Of a stretch of DNA of 64,000 bases, positions 58,669-64,000 are shown one piece after another. Below the pieces are notes generated by a model, which saw only the letters and a list, made by a program, of their open reading frames with translations, searched no databases and was not told the DNA's origin. A program made the position numbers and the translations under genes. The first letter of the stretch is position 1; each line of letters begins with the position of its first letter. Origin of the DNA: Terriglobia bacterium (GTDB lineage: Bacteria > Acidobacteriota > Terriglobia > 20CM-2-55-15); the NCBI GenBank assembly GCA_965198225.1, contig CBDAOY010000004.1, positions 437,102-501,101 of the forward strand. Reading direction: 5' to 3'.

Positions 58669-59183
58669 AGACATTCGAATTCCGCAACGAGATCTGGATT
58701 CCACGAACATCGAACGAAATCTTTGGCTTCTTTTCCGACGCCGGCAATCTGGACTATCTGACCCCGGAGTGGCTGCACTTCCGAATCCTGACACCACGCC
58801 CGATCGCCATGGCGGAAGGCACGGAGATCGACTACTACCTGCGGCTTCGCGGGCTGCCTCTCCGCTGGCGGAGCCGGATAACAACGTGGGATCCCCCGAA
58901 TCTCTTCGTCGACGAACAGGTCCGCGGTCCCTATAGAAGTTGGATCCATGAACACCACTTCCGACCGACCGACGGCGGCACCATGGTCGAAGATCACGTC
59001 CGTTACGCCGTCTGGGGAGGCGTCGTCGCAAATCGACTTCTGGTCGCACGCGACTTGGCGCGCATCTTTGCATACCGTAGCCGGCGGCTGGCCGAGCACT
59101 TCCCTCCAAATGACGACGCGGCTTCGACTCGACTTACGGCTGCTCACTCACAAGCCCTTGATTCCAGCAGGCAACGTGACTAG
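58665..59183 (+). CDS. SRPBCC family protein
   Basis: FFSDAGNLDYLTP, FVDEQVRGPYRSWIHEHHF, IFAYR. Confidence 0.88.
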   Translation: MKTFEFRNEIWIPRTSNEIFGFFSDAGNLDYLTPEWLHFRILTPRPIAMAEGTEIDYYLRLRGLPLRWRSRITTWDPPNLFVDEQVRGPYRSWIHEHHFRPTDGGTMVEDHVRYAVWGGVVANRLLVARDLARIFAYRSRRLAEHFPPNDDAASTRLTAAHSQALDSSRQRD

Positions 59184-59219
59184 TATTCACACTTCATTCC
59201 AGAGGTTCGACCGTAGCCC

Positions 59220-59522
59220 ATGCATCTGACGCCAAGAGAAATCGAGAAGCTGATGATCTTTACCGCCGGGGAAGTCGCACGCAAACGCCGCGGCCGCGGG
59301 CTGAAGCTCAACTACCCGGAGGCGGTGGCGCTGATCACGTCGGAAGTCCTGGAAGAGATCCGCAACGGGAAGACCGTTGCGGAGTTGATGGAGTTCGGAA
59401 GGACGATCCTGAAGGCCGATGAAGTGATGGAAGGCGTGCCCGAGATGATCCCCGAGATCCAGATCGAAGGAACGTTTCCGGACGGCACGAAGCTGGTTAC
59501 GATTCACCACCCGATCACTTAG
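59220..59522 (+). CDS. ureA: Urease subunit gamma
   Basis: [33 protein letters not shown]. Confidence 0.97.
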   Translation: MHLTPREIEKLMIFTAGEVARKRRGRGLKLNYPEAVALITSEVLEEIRNGKTVAELMEFGRTILKADEVMEGVPEMIPEIQIEGTFPDGTKLVTIHHPIT

Positions 59523-59532
59523 AGAATCCCCG

Positions 59533-59901
59533 ATGATTCCAGGCGAATACCAACTCCGGGACGAAGCGATCGAGGCGAATGCGGGCCGGGATACCGTCCG
59601 GTTGGAGGTTTCCAACCTTGGCGACCGACCCGTCCAGGTTGGCTCCCACTGCCATTTCTTCGAGTCCAACCGGTGGCTCGCGTTCGATCGCGAGAGAGCC
59701 TACGGGATGCGCTTGAACATTCCCGCCGGAACTGCGGTTCGCTTCGAGCCGGGCGACACGCGGGAGGTCGATCTTGTTGCGCTGGCCGGCGACCGTGTCG
59801 TGCACGGGATCAACGGGTTGGTGAACGGCAAGCTGGATGATGCCGAGGTGAAGGCCCGTGCTCTTGCCGCTGCTGCTGCCTTCGAGAGGAAACCGGAATG
59901 A
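59533..59901 (+). CDS. ureB: Urease subunit beta
   Basis: [27 protein letters not shown]. Confidence 0.97.
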   Translation: MIPGEYQLRDEAIEANAGRDTVRLEVSNLGDRPVQVGSHCHFFESNRWLAFDRERAYGMRLNIPAGTAVRFEPGDTREVDLVALAGDRVVHGINGLVNGKLDDAEVKARALAAAAAFERKPE

Positions 59902-61601
59902 AGATCGACCGGTCCAGTTACGGGGAACATTTCGGACCCACCACGGGCGATCGGGTGCGGCTCGGGGATACCGACCTGTTCATCGAGGTCGAATCGGACC
60001 ACAGCGTCTACGGTGAGGAGGTCAAGTTCGGCGGAGGCAAGGTCATCCGCGACGGCATGGGGCAATCCGCGTCAGCGTCCCGCGAAGCCGGCTCTCCCGA
60101 CCTCGTGATCACCAACGCGCTCGTCATCGATCATACGGGTATCTTCAAAGCCGACATCGCCGTTCGCGACGGCAGGATCTCCGCAATCGGCAAGGCCGGG
60201 AACCCCGACATCATGGATGGCGTTACCGAAGGGATGGCGATCAGCGCATCCACGGAGATTCTCGCGGGCGAGGGACGCATCGTCACGGCCGGCGGTATCG
60301 ACGCCCACATCCATTTCATATCGCCGAATCAGATTCCGGAGGCATTCTATTCCGGCGTCACGACCCTGATCGGCGGTGGCACCGGGCCCGCGACGGGGAC
60401 GAACGCGACGACCTGCACGCCCGGCCCGTGGAACATCCGACGCATGTACGAGGCGTCTGAGGCATTCCCGCTGAATTTTGGCTTTCTCGGGAAGGGGAAC
60501 TCTTCGCTGCCAGGAGCTCTGGAAGAACAGATCCGAGCCGGCGCTCTCGGCCTGAAGCTCCATGAAGACTGGGGAACGACGCCGGCGGCGATTGATCAAT
60601 GTCTGACAGTCGCCGACCGGTTCGACGTCCAGGTCGCGATCCACACCGATACGCTCAACGAAGCCGGGTTTGTAGAGGACACGATCGCTGCGTTCAAGGG
60701 AAGAACGATCCACACCTACCACACCGAGGGCGCCGGGGGCGGCCATGCTCCCGACATCATCCGCCTCTGCGGCGAATCGAACGTCCTGCCCTCCTCGACC
60801 AATCCCACGATGCCCTTCACGCGGAACACGATGGACGAGCACCTGGACATGCTGATGGTGTGCCACCATCTGTCGGCATCCATCCCTGAAGACGTCGCGT
60901 TTGCCGACTCGCGGATTCGAGCCGAAACGATCGCGGCCGAGGACATCCTGCACGACATGGGTGCTTTCAGCATCATGGCCTCCGACTCCCAGGCCATGGG
61001 CCGGATCGGTGAAGTCATCTGCCGGACCTGGCAGACAGCCGACAAGATGAAGAAGCAGCGCGGACGTGTCGACGAAACCGGTGACAATGACAACGTCCGG
61101 GCCAAGCGCTACGTGTCGAAGTACACGATCAACCCGGCGATCGCACACGGCATTGCCGGAACGGTGGGATCGGTCGAGGTCGGGAAGATGGCGGACCTGG
61201 TTCTGTGGAAACCGGCCTTCTTCGGCGTGAAGCCGGAGGTCATCGTGAAGGGTGGGTTCATCGCGGGGGCTGCCATGGGTGATGGGAACGCGTCGATCCC
61301 CACGCCGCAGCCCTACGTCTACCGGCCGATGTTCGGCCATCATGGCCAGGCGCTCGATTCGACTTCCGTGCACTTTGTTTCGCAGGCCGGGGTGGAGACC
61401 AACGGGCTCGACGGACTGCGCCGCAGACTCGACCCCGTCCGCGGCTGCCGTACACTCGGCAAGAAAGATCTCAAGTGGAACGATGCGACACCCAATATCG
61501 AAGTCAACCCGGAGACCTACGAAGTGCGCGCCGACGGTGAGCTGCTGACCTGCGACCCGGCCGAAATACTTCCCCTGGCGCAACGTTACTTCCTTTTCTG
61601 A
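59898..61601 (+). CDS. ureC: Urease subunit alpha
   Basis: [30 protein letters not shown]. Confidence 0.98.
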   Translation: MKIDRSSYGEHFGPTTGDRVRLGDTDLFIEVESDHSVYGEEVKFGGGKVIRDGMGQSASASREAGSPDLVITNALVIDHTGIFKADIAVRDGRISAIGKAGNPDIMDGVTEGMAISASTEILAGEGRIVTAGGIDAHIHFISPNQIPEAFYSGVTTLIGGGTGPATGTNATTCTPGPWNIRRMYEASEAFPLNFGFLGKGNSSLPGALEEQIRAGALGLKLHEDWGTTPAAIDQCLTVADRFDVQVAIHTDTLNEAGFVEDTIAAFKGRTIHTYHTEGAGGGHAPDIIRLCGESNVLPSSTNPTMPFTRNTMDEHLDMLMVCHHLSASIPEDVAFADSRIRAETIAAEDILHDMGAFSIMASDSQAMGRIGEVICRTWQTADKMKKQRGRVDETGDNDNVRAKRYVSKYTINPAIAHGIAGTVGSVEVGKMADLVLWKPAFFGVKPEVIVKGGFIAGAAMGDGNASIPTPQPYVYRPMFGHHGQALDSTSVHFVSQAGVETNGLDGLRRRLDPVRGCRTLGKKDLKWNDATPNIEVNPETYEVRADGELLTCDPAEILPLAQRYFLF

Positions 61602-61602
61602 C

Positions 61603-62055
61603 ATGACGGTGGTCGAACACGTGGCACGGGAGTACGCGCTTCAGGGAGAGCCGTCCGGTTATCGGCGGACCACGATGACGCTCCCACTTGAAGAGCGTCA
61701 GAAGACACACGGTCGACGGCGGTCCGACGACGGGATCGAATTCGCGATCTCACTCGAGCCGGGCCTGACACTCGGGGACGGGGACTGTCTGCTTCTCGAA
61801 GACGAGCGGGTCGCTGTCGTCGTCCGGGAGGCCGCCGAAGCGGTGTATGTCGTCCGTCCGCGGTCCGCACGGGAGTGGGCGTATTTCGCGTACCAGATCG
61901 GCAACCGGCATCAGAAACTCATGATCAGCGAGAAGGAACTGGTGTGTTTGCAGGACCCGGCCGTCCGGAGCCTTTTCGAACAGTTGCATGTGGAGTACGT
62001 CGAGGACAGCAGACCCTTCACCCCGGCTACAGTAGCGGGCCATCATAGCCACTGA
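61603..62055 (+). CDS. ureE: Urease accessory protein UreE
   Basis: LGDGDCL, AYQIGNRH, short His tail HHSH. Confidence 0.88.
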   Translation: MTVVEHVAREYALQGEPSGYRRTTMTLPLEERQKTHGRRRSDDGIEFAISLEPGLTLGDGDCLLLEDERVAVVVREAAEAVYVVRPRSAREWAYFAYQIGNRHQKLMISEKELVCLQDPAVRSLFEQLHVEYVEDSRPFTPATVAGHHSH

Positions 62056-62073
62056 ACGGAACGCACCGCGAAG

Positions 62074-62142
62074 TGTAAGTGCGCTCTATGAGCGCACAGA
62101 AGTCTCGAGTTTGAAGATGTGCGGTCATAGACCGCACCTACA
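62074..62142. repeat. REPIN (family A doublet) inside the urease operon
   Basis: Inverted REP pair between ureE and ureF. Confidence 0.82.
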
Positions 62143-62162
62143 CCGTTCTGGAGAAAACGCCG

Positions 62163-62849
62163 TTGGACTCAACTCAATTCCTCCAGATCCTCCAGCTTAG
62201 CGACGGCCTTTTCCCGATAGGGGCGTTCGCGTTTTCCGACGGACTGGAGACAGCTGCCCAGCGTGATGAAGTCGTGGATGCGGACGATGTTCGTGTCTGG
62301 CTCGAACATTATGTCCGTGACGTTTTCGGAAATTCGGAAGGACCCGCGCTCGTACAATCCATGGCCGCTTTTCCGGAGGACTGGAAGCGGCTCGAGCGGC
62401 TGGACCGCGAACTGACCGCGCTGAGACCTTCATCAGAGACGCGTGCGAGCAGCCGATCGCTGGGCCTTCGTCTGTTGAAAACGTGCGTCGAGCTCCATCC
62501 CGGTCGGGGTCTGGAAGACCTGCTGGAGCGAATCGGGTCCGGGCAGTGCCATGGAAACGTGGCTCTCGTGCACGGCGCCGTGTTCCGCGCGTTGGGGTTC
62601 GACGAAAAGGAAGCGCTCCTCGCGTTTGCGTACTCCCGTCTGTCGGGAACTGCGTCGGCGGCATTGAGGCTTGCCCCGGTCGGGCAGCAGGAGATACAGG
62701 GGGTTCTCAGCAACGTTCTTGGGCGCGTCCCGGACGTCGTGGACCAGATCCTGCGAAACCCCTTGAGATGCATGACGTCGTTCGTTCCCGTGATGGACGT
62801 TGCCCAGATGGAACACCGACATCTCTACAGCCGCCTGTTCCGGTCTTGA
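62163..62849 (+). CDS. ureF: Urease accessory protein UreF
   Basis: LQLSDGLFPIGAFAFSDGLE, HLYSRLFRS. Confidence 0.93.
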   Translation: MDSTQFLQILQLSDGLFPIGAFAFSDGLETAAQRDEVVDADDVRVWLEHYVRDVFGNSEGPALVQSMAAFPEDWKRLERLDRELTALRPSSETRASSRSLGLRLLKTCVELHPGRGLEDLLERIGSGQCHGNVALVHGAVFRALGFDEKEALLAFAYSRLSGTASAALRLAPVGQQEIQGVLSNVLGRVPDVVDQILRNPLRCMTSFVPVMDVAQMEHRHLYSRLFRS

Positions 62850-62870
62850 GTTTGGGAGAGACACCCCCGT

Positions 62871-63737
62871 ATGGATATCACCGTCCTCGTCAACCAGATC
62901 TTCTTCCCCTTCTGCATCATCACCATCATGTTCGCTCTCGGAACGACGCTCGAGGGCGCAGACTTCAAGCGGGTGGCGTTCAAGCCGAAGCCCGTGGTCC
63001 TGGGTCTCGTCGGGCAAATGATCCTGATGCCAGCGACGGCGTTCTTGTTTACCGTTTTCGTCCCGATGGACCCGGCGGTCGCGATCGGTCTGATCATTCT
63101 TTCGGCCTGCCCCGGTGGCGTGACGTCCAACGCGATCGTCTTCGTTGCCCGCGCCGACCTTGCCCTGTCGGTGACGCTGACAGCGCTGTCGAGCAGCCTC
63201 ACGACCGTCACCGTTCCGTTGATCGTGTCTGCGGGCCTGCGGCTTCATGCCGGCGGCGGACAGGAATTCTCGATGCCGGTGCTGGACACGATGATCCGGC
63301 TGTTCCTGTTCACGATACTGCCCATGTCGATCGGAATGTCTTTCAAGCGGTGGGCTCCTGCCATCGAAGCCGCATGGCGCAAATCGCTGCGCCTGTTCAC
63401 CCTGCTCGTGATGATCGCGATGGTCTCGGTGGGAACTTTCACGTCGGTGGATTTCCTGGCGAGCAACCTTTTCGGCATGGTTCTCGCGACGCTCGGACTC
63501 GTAGTCATGACGATGTCGTTAGGCTACCTGCTGGCCCGGATCTTCCGTCTGGACAAACAACAGGGAGTCACGATCTCGGTGGAAGTTGGGGTGCAAAACG
63601 TGGCAGTAGCGCTCGTCGTTGCCATGACGATCCTCGATCGCCGCGAACTGGCCGTGACGCCGGGGATCTACGGTGTAATCATGTATGTGGTAGTTACGAT
63701 CTTCCTGGTGTCGATGCGGAGGAGAAAACGCCTATAA
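62871..63737 (+). CDS. Bile acid:sodium symporter (BASS) family transporter
   Basis: MFALGTTL, GQMILMP, CPGGVTSN, SVEVGVQN. Confidence 0.9.
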   Translation: MDITVLVNQIFFPFCIITIMFALGTTLEGADFKRVAFKPKPVVLGLVGQMILMPATAFLFTVFVPMDPAVAIGLIILSACPGGVTSNAIVFVARADLALSVTLTALSSSLTTVTVPLIVSAGLRLHAGGGQEFSMPVLDTMIRLFLFTILPMSIGMSFKRWAPAIEAAWRKSLRLFTLLVMIAMVSVGTFTSVDFLASNLFGMVLATLGLVVMTMSLGYLLARIFRLDKQQGVTISVEVGVQNVAVALVVAMTILDRRELAVTPGIYGVIMYVVVTIFLVSMRRRKRL

Positions 63738-63791
63738 CAGGCCACTACCAGTGTGTAGGGACCGCTCGCCTGCAACCGGAGAAACAATGCA

Positions 63792-64000
63792 ATGAGAAAG
63801 CCCGTGCGTATCGGAATCGGAGGACCTGTTGGTTCGGGAAAAACCGCTCTTGTGGACTGTCTCTGCAAGAACATGCGCGACGACTACCGTCTAGGGGTCG
63901 TGACGAACGACATCTTCACCCGCGAAGACATGGAGTTCCTTGTCCGGAGTGAGGCTCTGCCGCCAGACCGGCTGATGGCGGTCGAGACCGGCGGTTGTCC
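63792..64000 (+). CDS. ureG: Urease accessory GTPase UreG (truncated by window end)
   Basis: Manual translation [32 protein letters not shown]. Confidence 0.95.
   Translation, partial: MRKPVRIGIGGPVGSGKTALVDCLCKNMRDDYRLGVVTNDIFTREDMEFLVRSEALPPDRLMAVETGGC

Noticed and set aside
60072-61604. 510-aa minus-strand ORF
   Set aside because: Antisense shadow of ureC.

Overview
GC-rich bacterial chromosomal window, very likely Acidobacteriota (inferred from PadR/ADOP-type duplicated permeases, Oar-like TonB-dependent receptor paralogs and an ASPIC/UnbV protein). It holds about 55 CDS: signalling proteins (degenerate PAS-PAS-GGDEF, hybrid kinase, Cys-rich ECF sigma, an RpoD paralog), three tandem outer-membrane receptor paralogs separated by REPIN elements, a putative N/S-heterocycle catabolic region (CodB-like permease, Dpp ABC components, hydantoinase/oxoprolinase, DUF917) and a urease operon with an embedded BASS transporter. 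It also has two complete IS elements (IS1182-like, IS4), two MITEs and several REP families. The strongest signals are missed by the ORF track: two in-frame UGA read-through candidates, each followed by a SECIS-like hairpin. One is an exported rhodanese with UGA exactly at the catalytic Cys position (16284-16730, -). The other is an unannotated 97-aa membrane-anchored protein with a U-P-U motif (51907-52200, +) overlapping a SHOCT gene, possibly a new di-selenoprotein family. Several genes carry frameshifts or deletions (decay or assembly error). I saw no rRNA, tRNA or CRISPR array.
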